From Octopus vulgaris (lineage: Eukaryota): DNA of 64,000 bases. The DNA lies in the NCBI GenBank assembly GCA_951406725.2, contig OX597818.1, forward strand, positions 98,270,001 through 98,334,000, written 5' to 3'. The notes under the pieces are model-generated. The model ran no database searches. It was given only the letters and a program-made list of their open reading frames with translations, and was not told where the DNA came from. Position numbers and translations under genes: made by a program. Shown here piece after piece: positions 26,481-39,879 of this stretch (within the stretch, counting starts at the first letter, position 1; the number at the start of each line of letters is the position of its first letter).

Positions 26481-27869
26481 CCTATCTATTTGTTTGTCTG
26501 TCTGTCTGTCTAAATATATCGATGTGTGCGTGCGTGCGTGCGTGCGTGTATGCGTGTACATGAGCGTGTATGTGTGTGCGTGTGCGTGTGCACACGCACG
26601 GGTGTGTGTGAATAAAGAAAGCAATGAACATAAATTCGACAAAGGTGGGACAAGTTTTCACAAACTTTTAGACTCCTTTCCTTTTAAGCGTTAAATACAA
26701 TATTAGATAAAAAAGAAAAAAGAAAAATTGTCTAGTCCTAAGGGACTAACAACATGAATTCAGCTAATTAAGTGAACAGGGATCAACCGAAAGCCAAACG
26801 TAGATGGCGTAACTGAAATCGTGTCAGTGTGTAAACAATTCTCAGATATAGGCGATAGTTCTTTAGATAAGTTTTTTTTATCATGGATGATTTTAGAAAT
26901 CATTCTTTCGTCGAATATGTACTTTGCAACTCATGTTATGTAAATATATAGCATAAGTTGAACATTTCAGCCCATCTGCTGGAATTCTGTTCATTTGGGT
27001 AGCATGTTTTGAAAAGATGTTTGAACCCACCTGCAGAACAACGCACTTTGTTACACAAACCGCATGCATAACCAGCTGGGTTGTGATATTTCTGTTCAAT
27101 ATCATCATCAGTAACATGACGCCATTCACGGCTAATTAACTTCTGCTTTTGAAATACACATACAGGATTAGAGACCTTACACGGTAGGAACTGCTTTGAA
27201 CCCTTCTCTTTAAGAGGTTCAAAACCCGCTGTATTTCGCGCACCACGTTTCGACTGAGCAGATGCTATGCGCTTGGTTTCAGACCCATTAACCCTATGAA
27301 CCCCTGAGTACGCTTTAGCGGGCACGATTTTGTTTCCCTATAACCGTGGAGGACATAAAAGCAGACGACAACATGGGTTTTGTCTGTAAATCTCGCAATT
27401 GGAAGAAACATCGTTATTTTCGGCTGGATGCACAAAACCAAGCGGCCGCTCGCTCTTGCGTCTTCGAGGACGTATATAAACAAATGAAATTGCAACCGCT
27501 GAAGCTTATTCACAAGTTAAAAGGGTTAATGCCATTAGAAACCAAACTTCTCTACGGGCATCTCTTTGATTGATGTTTGACATTCACAGGTGTTGATATC
27601 AATGTTGGTTTATGTTATGGCGAGATTCATGATGCCGCCCGCCACGAGAATGAACTAGCCGATCTCGTATAAGTAGCAGCGTGTTTCACTGAGAACGAAG
27701 GATGAGAAATCGCAGGAAGTCGTAAGATGTTGAGAAGTTGCTATAGTTCGTTGAGAGTTCTTTTGGATTGGTTATAGTTGTTAGCAGAGTATTTGGGAAT
27801 ACATCAAGTGTAAGCAGTTTGTGTTTACTTCGTTCCGTGGTACTATGTATCACACTGTAATAGTGTAGG

Positions 27870-28392
27870 GTGGAGGCGCAATGGCTCAGTGGTTAGGGCA
27901 GCGGACCCGCGGTCGTAGGATCGCGGCTTCGATTCCCAGACCGGGCATTGTGAGTGTTTATTGAGCAAAAACACCTAAAGCTCCACGAGGCTCCGGCGGT
28001 GCGGGGATGGGGTGATCCCTGCTGTACTCGTTCACCACAATTTTCTCTCACTCTTTCTTCCTGTTTCTCTTGTACCAGTATTTCGAAGGGTCAGCCTTGT
28101 CACACTCTGCTTCACGCTGAATTTCCCCGAGAACTACGTTAAGGGTACACGTGTCTGTGGAGTGCTCAGCCACTTACACGTTAATAAATGAGCTGCGACG
28201 TCACTAGTGCCAAGCTGTATCGGCCTTTGCCTTTCCCTTGGATAGCATCGGTGGCGTGGAGAGGGGAGGCTGGTATGCATGGGCGACTACCTGTCTTCCA
28301 TAAACAACCTTGCCCAGACTTGTGTCTCGGAGGGTAATTTTCTAGGTGCAATCCCATGGTCATTCATGGCCGAAGGGGGTCACAACAATAAC
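27870..28392 (+). mobile_element. tRNA-derived SINE family C
   Basis: TGGCTCAGTGG A box and GCTTCGATTCC B box. 11-bp TSD AATAGTGTAGG at 27859-27869 and 28393-28403. Confidence 0.9.
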
Positions 28393-28752
28393 AATAGTGT
28401 AGGATACAAAAGTGGCACACAGTAATGACGTTACAAAAGTTTTTTCTCAAGAGCATCCTTCAGACAATCTTTATATAGCTTCTCTTTGACTTGCATTACA
28501 AGAATTTTCCTTCGTGTTTTAGCAAATCAACTGTGCTCCAAGCATTTTATATGACCAATCTAAACCGTCGTTTAGTTACGATGTAGTTCAAATATGGCGA
28601 ATGAACTGCTCATGGCATTTCTGTTCACGGAACAAAAGACTTCCAAGAGAATATCCCATTTGCGTTGCAAGGATTGCTGTTGGAAATATTTCAAGACGTT
28701 GAGACATACACGCGCGCGCACTCGCACACACGTATATGAATATGTGTGCGTG

Positions 28753-28786
<34 letters not shown>

Positions 28787-28963
28787 AGCATGTGTATATG
28801 TATACATACTTACATACAGTAGCGAGCGAAGAAAAAAGAGAACGATTAAATTTTTTTTGAATGTCGGGAAAGCTAGTGAATGTGCAAATTCGCAATTAGT
28901 TTCGTAAACACGGTTAACTATTAGTTAAATTCTCTGAAAAATCTAAGTTTGTACAATGGTTTT

Positions 28964-29239
28964 GTTTGTTTCTTCTCGCGCCACGCCTGTCTCATAAGGG
29001 CCGGTTTCCTTGGCGTATAGGTTCCCCACCTGAACGGGACGCCTGTCCGTCGCAGGAGGAAAGAGTGAGAGAAAGTTGTGGCGAAAGATTCAGCAGAAGT
29101 TCGCCATTACCTTCTGCCGGAGCTACGTGGAGCTTAGGTGTTTCGCTCATAAACACACACATCACCCGGTCTGAGATTCGAACCCGCGATCCCTTGACCG
29201 CGAGTCCGCTGCTCTAACCACTAGGCCATGTGCCTCCAC
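28964..29239 (-). mobile_element. tRNA-derived SINE family D
   Basis: 11-bp TSD ACAATGGTTTT at 28953-28963 and 29240-29250. Matches 13281-13583. Confidence 0.9.
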
Positions 29240-29353
29240 ACAATGGTTTTAGTAAAAGTTAATAACACTAACACTAGTTTCGTCCAAATGTTTCATGTGA
29301 AAAATAAGAGAACTATTAGATTCCTTGTCACAGTATTGTGCTAGCTTCAAAAC

Positions 29354-29692
29354 ATGGCACACCACGCTAAAGTTACTCTCGACCTTCGAAAAGAAATTGC
29401 TAGGATGTAAGTTTCAGGAATGACTCTCTCAGCTATTTCACGAGACTTAAGGAGATCTAAGAGTAGTTTCACGTGTTCTTAAGCTCTATGAAGAAACTAA
29501 AGGTTTTGAACCGAAAAAGGCAACAAGTAGACCACGCAAAACCACCGTGCGAGATGATCGAGCCATGAAACGGCATGTATTGAAGGATCCTTTCAAGACT
29601 GCGGCTGGAATTTCTAAGAAAATAAAAAGTAAATAATGGTACGGAAGTAAACCGCTTTACATTGTCTCGTCGTCTGAAGGAATTTGGCAACA
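29354..29692 (+). pseudogene. Tc1-like transposase N-terminal (HTH) remnant
   Basis: Joined frames give MAHHAKVTLDLRKEIA...VSRVLKLYEET...SRPRKTTVRDDRAMKR...DPFKTA...SRRLKEFG, with a stop and frameshifts. Confidence 0.7.
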
Positions 29693-29767
29693 AAATCTAC
29701 CATCTGCAAGAAGAACAAATTGGAAAGACTTTCATTTGCAGAAGCTCATGTGAACTAGAGGGATGAA

Positions 29768-29811
<44 letters not shown>

Positions 29812-30014
29812 CTGTATATATATATATATATACAGAGAAAAAAGAGCGGGGTAACAGAGAGATGGACAGAGTGAGAGTACAATTTTGTTGTTCCTTTTTA
29901 TCATGAAATAAGCAAATAATATCTGAAAGCATATACACAGCATAAGAAACTAGTATTATTGCAAATTGGAAAACACGGGAGATAAGAATATAGAAAGCAT
30001 TCTTATCTTAGAAG

Positions 30015-30055
<41 letters not shown>

Positions 30056-30333
30056 GTATATATATATATATATCCAGGTCAGTTCGACCTTGATCTCTAT
30101 GATCTCTATGATCAAAAGCATACCAGCCTTGACTATCCTGTATTACTGTATATTCTTATTGTATATCTTAAAATCCATGTATTATTAACGTTTCAAGTGG
30201 GAAATTTGTAATCTGGGATTAAATCGATTGGTATTTAAAGAATGTCAAGCAATATGAGGCCACATTAGTAGACTTCCGGGTATTGGTTTAACACAGGTGA
30301 TTGCATATCACGTACACGACCCTACACTACGCA

Positions 30334-30669
30334 TAAGAAAATAGAGATTGGAAAGTTCATAATTGTCTATTATTAACAACAAATTAATCATCATCCCTTA
30401 CAAGTGTTTCAATACTCAGTAACTATTAAATTTATATTACCTGAAAATAACTTCTTCAGAGGGATCATTAAGTCGGCTATAATGAATCCATAAACACATA
30501 TAAAACATCCAAGGGTATATTTTTCCCTCTGAAGGTATTATGTACATGTCAAATAAATTTAATATTTTCTTAATATTTACTGAGTATTAATCGAAACAGC
30601 TGTAAGGAGTGATGACTAATTTGCTGCTAATAATAAACAATTATTAACTTCCCAGTCTCCATTTTCTCT
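30334..30669. mobile_element. Old fold-back element with degenerate HHR motifs
   Basis: Arms 30334-30464 and 30524-30669. The consensus of both arms is TCCCT-CTGAAGA...GAAAC-AGCT-GTA-AGGGA. Confidence 0.6.
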
Positions 30670-31154
30670 TTCTTCTTTGATATGAAGATAAACTATATGC
30701 TTTTATATATATACCTATTATTTTAAAGAAATTAATTCCCCCTAAATTCTAGGTATTGAATCAGTATTTCCTTGGATGAAACCAACCCTCCATGAGGTTA
30801 ACACAACTTCTAATCGAATTATATATATATATATGTATACACACAATCAACTGATGAAATCCAGAGATGCTCAATATAGAAAACTCTTGGTAACGCTCAT
30901 ATGATTTGAACTTACTTACTCTCTGAAATCTCTGTCGAAGACTAAGTCCGCAGAGTGTGACTATAATAAGAATCCAAGTGAGCAGTTATGGATATAATGA
31001 AGCTAATAAACAAATAAAAGCGCTTGGGTTAGATATACATGTAAATAAAGAGAAAGCTAAATCTGAAAATCTTCATGATTATTCATGAATGAATATCAAA
31101 GTATTTATATATTAACAGACAAAACTGAAAATAGAGTAGAAAGACACAGAGGAA

Positions 31155-31470
31155 TTGGAGGCATGGAGTTACAGGACCGACAGCTGTTTCTGGGGGCTCG
31201 GAGTTACTTCATAGTGTTGGTAGATGTAAATCACAAACATAAGGAGCCAGTAATGGAAGCATTTCAACTCATAATAGAAATTCCCCTGCATTGTGATTTG
31301 AAATGTTAGATTTTTATTTCTCTACCCTGAAAACGGAGACCAGATGTACTCAGTGTTTATATGCTTCCATTACTGGTTCTATATTTTTCATGAACTACAT
31401 CTGCCAATATTATGAAGTAACTCCGAGTCTCCTGAAACAGCTGTCGGGCCTGTAACACCATACTTTCTCC
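31155..31470. mobile_element. Old fold-back element with a degenerate HHR (31324-31448)
   Basis: About 31155-31265 pairs with about 31360-31470. Motif ACC-CTGAAAA-C-GGAGAC...GTCTCC-T-GAAAC-AGCT-GTC-GG. Confidence 0.5.
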
Positions 31471-31703
31471 CCTTTAATTTTCTGTATCTTTTTGTGCTGT
31501 TGATATATAAATACATAAATATCTATATATCTATACATGAATATTAATCGTCTGAATATTTTTAGGCATTGTTTTCTCTCTGTTTTCATGTATTCATATA
31601 TATATATTTTGTACATCTAACCACAGCCATTTTATTTGTTTATTACCATTATTATTTGTCTGTCTGTCTGTCTGTCCGTCTGTCCGTCTCTCCCTCTCTC
31701 TCC

Positions 31704-31735
<32 letters not shown>

Positions 31736-31766
31736 TCCCCCTCTCTCTCTCTCTCTTTCTCTCTCA

Positions 31767-31789
<23 letters not shown>

Positions 31790-31810
<21 letters not shown>

Positions 31811-32601
31811 GGCAGTTTGTCTGTCTGTGTGTCTGTGTGTCTGTCAGGTTGTACCCTCACCCTGACCACGGCTTTCAACCGATTTCTGATGAAACTTGAC
31901 ATACACGTAGCCCAATGTCATAATTCAAAACTAACGCAGCGAAAATTTTGAAAAGTTCCCCCAGTTCTGAAAAAAAATCGATAAATTCGACATTGGTCGA
32001 GAATCTAAGCTTTTTATATGCAACACATTTTCTACAGACTGTCTAGGGGACGCAACTCGACCTTTTTAACTCTCGGAACACGTCGGGTAAGTATCCCAAA
32101 ATGTATAAAAATGTACAAAAACGGCAAAAAAGCGGGCAGCAATGTGAGTGACAACAACGAAAAAGTCAAAAGTGACCAAACTGAACAAACGAATGGAAAA
32201 GGTTTTTTGATGCACACGACAAAAGCGGTTTATAATAGACCAAGGGTTTGCAAGTAGCGCCCGAGGACCCTTAGGGTACATCAAACATTTAAGGTAAAAC
32301 GTTTGGGGTGGTAGTTATAAAGAAAGTGTAAACAAAAAAAGTATTCGAATAACTTGCGGCTGCAGCAGCTATTAGCAGAAGAGGCGGTGTTGGGGGTAAA
32401 GTCTCGAATGTAATTTCTTCCTGGTAGGAATTGGTTGGGTTGAAATATCGATAGCTGTTTGATAATTATTTGGGAGTGAAGAGAAGACATTGCAACCTAC
32501 ACATGCGCCTTCGTTCCCTAGAGGGAAATGACTAGATTGGGATTAGTCGTTGCCTACTAGGGGCTCTTACATACCCGGGCAACGCCGGGCTATGCTGCTA
32601 G
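31790..32601 (+). mobile_element. Non-autonomous Helitron
   Basis: 5' TATATAAA followed by (GTCT)n. 3' GC hairpin CCCGGGCAACGCCGGG (32574-32589), then terminal CTAG (32598-32601) followed by T. The 5' limit is blurred by (TA)n. Confidence 0.8.
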
Positions 32602-32701
<100 letters not shown>

Positions 32702-32977
32702 AGCGTTTACTTGCACCCGTCATTGGACTGCGGCCGGCCTTGAAAGACTGAATTAAGTAAATCGGCCCCTTTACTTATTCTTTAAGCCTAGTTTTATTTT
32801 TTCTTTCTTATTTGCCGAACCACGAAATTACGGCGACGTAATCAAACCAACACCGGTTGTCAAGAGGCGCGGGAGATCGACATAACACTAACACAAAGAT
32901 ACACACTATATATTTGTATGTATGTATGCATGTATGTATGTAGGTATGTATATATGCATCTATATATATATATGTAT

Positions 32978-33018
<41 letters not shown>

Positions 33019-33068
33019 TATATGTATATATATGCATATATATATATATGTATATACGTACATGCATA

Positions 33069-33112
<44 letters not shown>

Positions 33113-33205
33113 AAATATTTCTCCTATATGCACAGATACATACACACACACGCACACAAGCACACATACGCATAAGCATACACACATACACACGCGCACA
33201 CATAT

Positions 33206-33419
33206 ACAAAGGAGTGCCTAAAAGTTCCTGGCTTTAAGGGTGTGATGAAAGGCCTGGCTGGACCCAAGTTTTCGAGTTATTTTAAAGAACTTAGAAAAAT
33301 TGTAGAACTGCTGCAATAAGTGTGTGAATCTAAGAGGGTAATATGTTGAATAAAATCACAATTAACCTATCATGGTGTATTTTCTAATTCCTAAAGCCAG
33401 GAATTTTTAGTACCCCTGC
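33206..33419 (+). mobile_element. Mariner-type MITE
   Basis: Imperfect TIRs ...AAAAGTTCCTGGCTTTA / TAAAGCCAGGAATTTTT... and a trace of transposase end (NKCVNLRG). Confidence 0.65.
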
Positions 33420-33548
33420 TACACCATACTCGAAAAAGGATTCGATCAAACAAGTATCAGGTGAACTCTTGGGGCAGTGTAATCATCTTGTCTCTTACCA
33501 CGAAATTCTAAGTTTTCTGCCTATAGGTGAAAGAATTATTATCATTAT

Positions 33549-34107
33549 TGAGTGAGAGAACAGTGCATGCCATCAAAGTGACACTGGGGTAAAATATACG
33601 AAACCCAGTGTACCCATCATGACCCGTCTGATAAGGATACACCAGGCACAGGCATCACAACCATATGTGCGCGACATTGTGATCTCATATCACGATAAAC
33701 AGCGCTCGACTTTGCAGGTGGAGCTTCAGGTCGAGTAGCCCATCCAGCTCAAAAGGTCCCTGAATAAGGGTTGTTTAAAGATGTTGAACGAAACACCCAT
33801 GTTTCCAGGGGTGAATTATCCAAACCCCAAAGAATTCCTCTCAACACATGGCTATGATTCTTCCCGACTATTTCTGCTCGTGATCAGAGATGCGCATATC
33901 GTCAGCCACCAAGAGATATGCTCAGCAACTGGTCAAGCAACTGATAAGCAAATCTGTGGTCCGTTGCTCCGTTCTGAGTTCAAATTCCGCGGAGGGCGAC
34001 TTTCGGGGGTCAGTAAAATAAGTACCAATTGAAGACTGGGGTCGATATAATCGACTCAATCCATCCCCCAAAATGGCTGCCCTTGTGGCAAAACTTGAAA
34101 CCCTTAA

Positions 34108-34171
<64 letters not shown>

Positions 34172-34969
34172 GTGAGCTGGCAGAATCGTTAGCGCATTGG
34201 ACGAAATGCTTATCGGTATTTCACTCGTCGCTACGTTATGAGTTCAAATTCTCCCGAAATCGGCTTTGCCTTTCATCGTTTCGGGGTCGATAAATTAAGT
34301 ACCAGTTGAACACTTTGATCGATTTAATCGACAATTCTCCCGACCCAAATGGTTGCCCTTGTTGCAAAATTTGAAGCCATTATTATTATTATTATTAATA
34401 TTATTATTATTATTGAGCGAGCGAGCAGAGCATGCCATCAAAATGACACTGGGGTAAAATATACGAAGCCCAGTATACCCATCATGACTACCCGTCTGAT
34501 AAGGGTACACCAGGCACATGCATCACAACCATATGTGCGCGACATGGTGATCTCATATCAAGATAAACAGCACATGACCTTGCAGGTGGAGCCCAGTTAG
34601 AATTTTCTTCAGATCGAGTAACCCATCCCGTTCAAAAGGTCCCTGAATAAGGGTTGTTTAAGGACGTTGAACGAAACACCCATGTTTCCAGAGGTGAATT
34701 ATTCAAACCTCAAAGAATCCTTCTCAACACATGGCTATGATGCTCCCCCCACTACATCTGCTCGTGATCAGAGATGCACATATCGTCAGCCACTAAGGGA
34801 CATGCTCAACTGGTTAAGGTCAAACAACTGACAAGCAAAGCTGTGGTATTGAGCAGAATATTTGCTGTAGCCCATCTTTTATACCAAGACAAAACAATGT
34901 ACATGATAACACTTCCAATCAGTTAAGATCAGAAGCCATGAGAGCCACTGCCCGGTACTGCATCAGGGC

Positions 34970-35062
<93 letters not shown>

Positions 35063-35130
35063 CATTATTACTATTATTATTATTATTATTATTACTACTA
35101 CTATTATCATTATTAATATTATTATTATTA

Positions 35131-35172
<42 letters not shown>

Positions 35173-35715
35173 TTATTATTGAGTGAGAGAGCAGTGCATG
35201 CTATCAAAGTGACACTGGGGTAAAATATACGAAGCCCAATATACCCATCATGACTACCCGTCTGATAAAGGTACACCAGGCACATGCATCACAACCATAT
35301 GTGCGCGACATGGTGATCTCATATCAAAATAAACAGCACATGACCTTGCAGGTGGAGCCCAGTTAGAATTTTCTTCAGGTTGAGTAGCCCATCCCGCTCA
35401 AAAGGTCTCTGAATAAGGGTTGTTTAAGGATGTTGAAAGAACCACCCATGTTTCCAGAGGTGAATTAATCAAACCCCAAAGAATCCCCCCCCAACAAATG
35501 GCCATGATGCTCCCCCACTACTTCTGCTCGTGACCAGAGATGCACATATCGTCAGCCACTAAGGGACATGCTCAACTGGTTAAGGTCAAACAACTGACAA
35601 GCAAATCTGTGGTATTGAGCAGAATATTTGCTGTAGCCCATCTTTTATACCAAGACAAAACAATGTACATGATAACACTTCCGATCAGTTAAGATCAGAA
35701 GCCATGAGAGCCACT
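33549..35715 (-). mobile_element. Cluster of three family E copies (33549-33960, 34414-34972, 35181-35715) with SINE B pieces and (ATT)n spacers
   Basis: Direct sequence identity with 16985-17543. Confidence 0.85.
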
Positions 35716-38700
35716 TAACAGTTTACAACGAAATAAAACAAATATTCCCTAACGATGTGGGATCGTTAGGGAATAGTTTCTCTCAGAAACTTTACAAAAA
35801 TATTATTGAAGCACCCGTGCAAAAGCACAAGGGAGCCACCCCCACCACCAACAACAGTAAGTAGAGCCTTTTTTCTCCTTTTTTTCCCCCTAACTTTTGA
35901 AACATGGCAAATCTTAGAATCGGTTGCTTGAATGTGAGAGGCCTCGGGTCACCTTGGAAACAGGGTCACCTGTTAAACGACATGAGGTTTCATGATGTGG
36001 ATGTAGCAGCCATCAGTGAAACCAGGCTCTCCGACCCGCAGGAACTCGCAGCCCTTTTCGGCGGATACGAGATATTTCTATCTCCGTGTCGGCCGGGAGC
36101 GGCGGTGGTGGTACTGCGGTGTTGTTTCGGAAGGGCCTGGACCTGAAAATAAGGACAGTCTTCTTGGATCCGGAAGGTAAGTTGGTGGTCCTCGACGTCG
36201 ACGGTAGTGACGGCGGTGCTTTCAGACTGCTGGCTGCCTACGCTCCGACAGGAGCAGGGCAGTCGGATTATTTCAAACGTCTGGAAGTTTTCCTGGGAAC
36301 GTCACGCACTCTAGTACTAGTTGGGGATTGGAACGCTGTCTTAGACGAACGTTTCGATCGGGTGGGCAGGGGAGCGTCTGATAGGAGAGGGGGAGGGTGC
36401 AAGAGCCTCGCCAACCTACTCGGCCGCTTTCAGCTGTCCGACAGGTTTCGACTAGACAACCCGAATGTGCCAATGTGGACTTGGACAAACCGCATCGGGT
36501 CGTCTAGATCGTACTTAGATAGAGTGTTTTGTAGGCCAGCGGATAAGGACAGCGTAGGGTGTCCACAATTCCACCTAGTCGAATATACGGACCACAAATT
36601 AGTGATCTGTACGGTCGACTTAGATAGGCTACATAGACAGGGACCCGGCTACTGGAAGCTGAACGCGTCGTTAACGGCGTGCAAAGCTTACAGAGACCGG
36701 ATTAGTTTACTAGTTAAGCGGGCGCTCACGGGGGCAATCATCAACAACAACTGGTGGTTTGCCCTCAAGAGAGCAATTAGAGTAGAGTCGATTAGGTATA
36801 GTAAGACTCTAGCTATTGAACGTAGGAAGAGAGAGCGGGATTTAGTTAAGAAACTAGACGAGGCTCTTGACACTGGCATCGCGACCGACGTGTTGGCGGC
36901 AAGGTTGGCCCTCGACCAACACTTCGACGCCAAACACGAGGGCTGCGTTGTCAGAGCTAAGGCACGCTCGCTAAGCGGGGAGGGGACTAGAGCCGCTCGA
37001 TGGGCCCGCGTGGCGGAGGCGAAGCGAGGCAACAGAGCAACCATTCGGTCTTTGGTGGACCAGAACGGGCGCGAGGTTACCCAACCGAAGCAGATGTGTA
37101 CGGTGCTTCAGCGGCACTTTGCTCAACTGTTTGGGACGAGCGGTGGAACGGACACCAACGGTACAGACTTCGGTGTGTACCTGGACGGACTGCCGCAACT
37201 CTCGGACAGCGAGGCAGAGTGCTGCGAAGGACCGATATCTGCCTGGGAAGTACAGGAAGCGATGAAGAGTTGCACGAGAGGTAGATCGCCGGGTTTGGAT
37301 GGTCTGCCCTACGAGCTTTACTTTTCAATGCCAGACTTGTTTGCGGACCTGTTGGCAAACGTCTACTGCAACTGGCAGCAAAACGGGAGAATTCCTGCTT
37401 TTGTCTGTCGAGGGGTGGTGGCTTTGCTAAAGAAGGACCCAAACAAGGGGGACGTTATAGGGAATTTCCGGCCCATCACTCTGCTCAATGCAGAGTTGAA
37501 GATTTTGGCCAAGGTGCTAGCCAAGAGATTGGCGCTTGTCGTGGACAAGCTGGTCGGCGAGACGCAGACATGCGCCGTGCCGACCAGGACGATACACGAC
37601 AACCTCCATCTCATGCGCTACATCATAGAGAGGGTGGGTAACGACGCTGGCGCGGGTGGGGCTTTGATCAACTTGGATCAGAGTAAAGCCTTCGATAGGG
37701 TCGACCATCGGTACCTGGCAGCTGTCCTCAGGGCAGCCGGCTTCGGTCCAGTCTTCCGCGGGTGGATCGCTTCTTTATACAGCAACATCTGCTCGGTGAT
37801 ACGGGTGAACGGTCACCTTTCGGAACCGTTCGACATCTCGCGTTCGGTCCGCCAAGGATGCCCTCTCTCCTCCCTCTTGTACATTTTGACTCTCGAGCCA
37901 TTACTGCGCAAGTTGGAGGCTTTGAGGGGCATCCCGCGCGATCTAGAAGGCGGAAACAGCGTGTCTGCTTATGCCGACGACGTCACCGTGGTGGTGTCGA
38001 GCCACAGGCACATTGGCCTGATTGGCGAGACGCTAAACCAGTACGAAGCGGTGACAGGGGCAAAGATTAACGCGGAAAAGTCTGTGGGCTTGCAACTGGG
38101 CACCTGGAGAGGCAAGCCCATGCCGTCCAACAGCGTCGTAGGGCGCTGGACAGACGGACCCGTTAAACTGCTCGGGGTCTGGTTCGGTCCGGACCTCCAG
38201 GTGGATAAGAACTGGGAAGAGGTGACGAGCAGGGTGGCACGTCTCACCCAGAAATGGGCCGAGAGGAAGCTGTCCCTGAAAGGTCGAGCGGAGGTGGCGA
38301 ATGCGTACATCGCATCCGTCATCTATTACCGCTTGACCGTCGTCCCTTGTCCCGACCGCTGGTTGGCCAAGCTGGTACGTCTGCTCTTCGACTTTTTGTG
38401 GAAGGGTCAGGTGCCACTGGTCAGGCGATCCATCTGCTGTCAACGACCGCTGAACGGAGGCCTTGGAATGCCGTGGTTGCTGTTGCGCAGACATGCGCTC
38501 AGGCTGCGGCATCTCAAGCGCTTCCTAGACGGTGAACAGGTGTGGTCGTCTTTTGTCAGACGCGATTTTCCGCAGCTTGTCTCTTTGACGGAGCTGCAGA
38601 CCTGGATCAAACGTAGACCGAGAAAGGGCGCTTGGCACCTCGAGTGCCGTCAAGCCCTCTCCGCCCTCCGCCAGGCGGGCAATGCGGTCGGTTACAGCTC

Positions 38701-39619
38701 CACTCTAGCGTTCTATAGAGGGTTAGTGGAGGAAAAATGCGACGACGTTCTCGGGGAAACTCTAGGCGTTGAAGACGACGAACTGAGCGGTCTGTTCGAG
38801 AGGACTTTCGGGCCGGGGCCGATGGATAATTTCCAGAGGTCTCTCGCCTGGCAGTGCTACCGAGGGGCTCTGCCTGTTCGAGATAAACTCTACCGGCACG
38901 GAAGTGCCGTCAGCCGGGCCTGCCCGAGGTGTTGCCAGGACGACGAAACCGTTCTGCACGCACTCGTCCAGTGCCCGAGTATTGCTGAAATATGGGTTTA
39001 TGTCGAACAGCTACTGTCACGTGTAGGACGGATCCGACTATCGGCCGAATCCATAGTGAAGATTGCCCCGCCGACCTCCTTTAACAAGGAGGGCGAGGCC
39101 GTTTTCTTGTGCCTAGTGGCTGTGGCGAAAGAGGTCGTGTGGTGGACTCGTTTGAAAGGGCTAAAGACAGACACTTTCCTCTTTGGTCAAGGCCTCATCA
39201 ACTTTTTCAAGTTTCACTTGAAAAGGAAGATGAGGTTAGAGAGGAAAGTGCTGTCCGATAGCAAGTTTTATGAAAGGTGGGTGAATTGTGCGAGACTGGC
39301 CTGTATAAATGGACCAGTTCTCAGGTTTCGCCTGTGATTTCAAAGAAAAAGGTAATGTAAAAGGAGAAGAAAGGGGACTCTCTACACCCTCTTTTTTTTG
39401 ACCAGGCTCCCGTTGGCTTTTGTAGGGTTTTTTCCACCAGGAACCTTTCGAGACGTCTCCCACTTTTGGAAGTTTTTCATTGTTGAATTTTATAAGTTGT
39501 TATAAAGATTTTTACTCGATGTTTTAAAAAAACGGCAAAACCCTTTGTAACCTTTCGTTCTGTCTTGTCCCTTTATGTAATCATGCGTGTCAGCCCTTGT
39601 GGCCAATAAAAAAGAATTG
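35716..39619 (+). mobile_element. 5'-truncated L1/Tx1-clade non-LTR retrotransposon
   Basis: Possible ORF1 tail ending at TAG 35862-35864, then ORF2, a 3' UTR with AATAAA at 39605, and (ATT)n. GC-rich relative to the flanks. Confidence 0.9.
35904..39337 (+). CDS. LINE ORF2: APE endonuclease, reverse transcriptase and C-terminal CCHC motif; one frameshift near 36095
   Basis: APE motifs LNVRGL, ISET, GDWN, LDRVF, TDH. RT motifs SPGLDGLP, FRPITLLN, DQSKAFDRV, RQGCPLS, YADD. C-terminal CPRC..ETVLHALVQC. The 35904 and 36086 ORFs join by a -1 shift. Confidence 0.92.
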
Positions 39620-39675
<56 letters not shown>

Positions 39676-39719
39676 CATTATTATTATTATTATTATTATT
39701 GTTATTATTATTATTATTA

Positions 39720-39818
<99 letters not shown>

Positions 39819-39879
39819 TATATTCATTTATTTGCTTATTTACATTTTAAATCCTATTATTATTGTTGATGTTGTTATT

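Noticed and set aside
36080-36110. Programmed ribosomal frameshift in LINE ORF2
   Set aside because: There is no slippery heptamer and the shift falls inside the APE domain. A 1-nt deletion or sequencing error is simpler.
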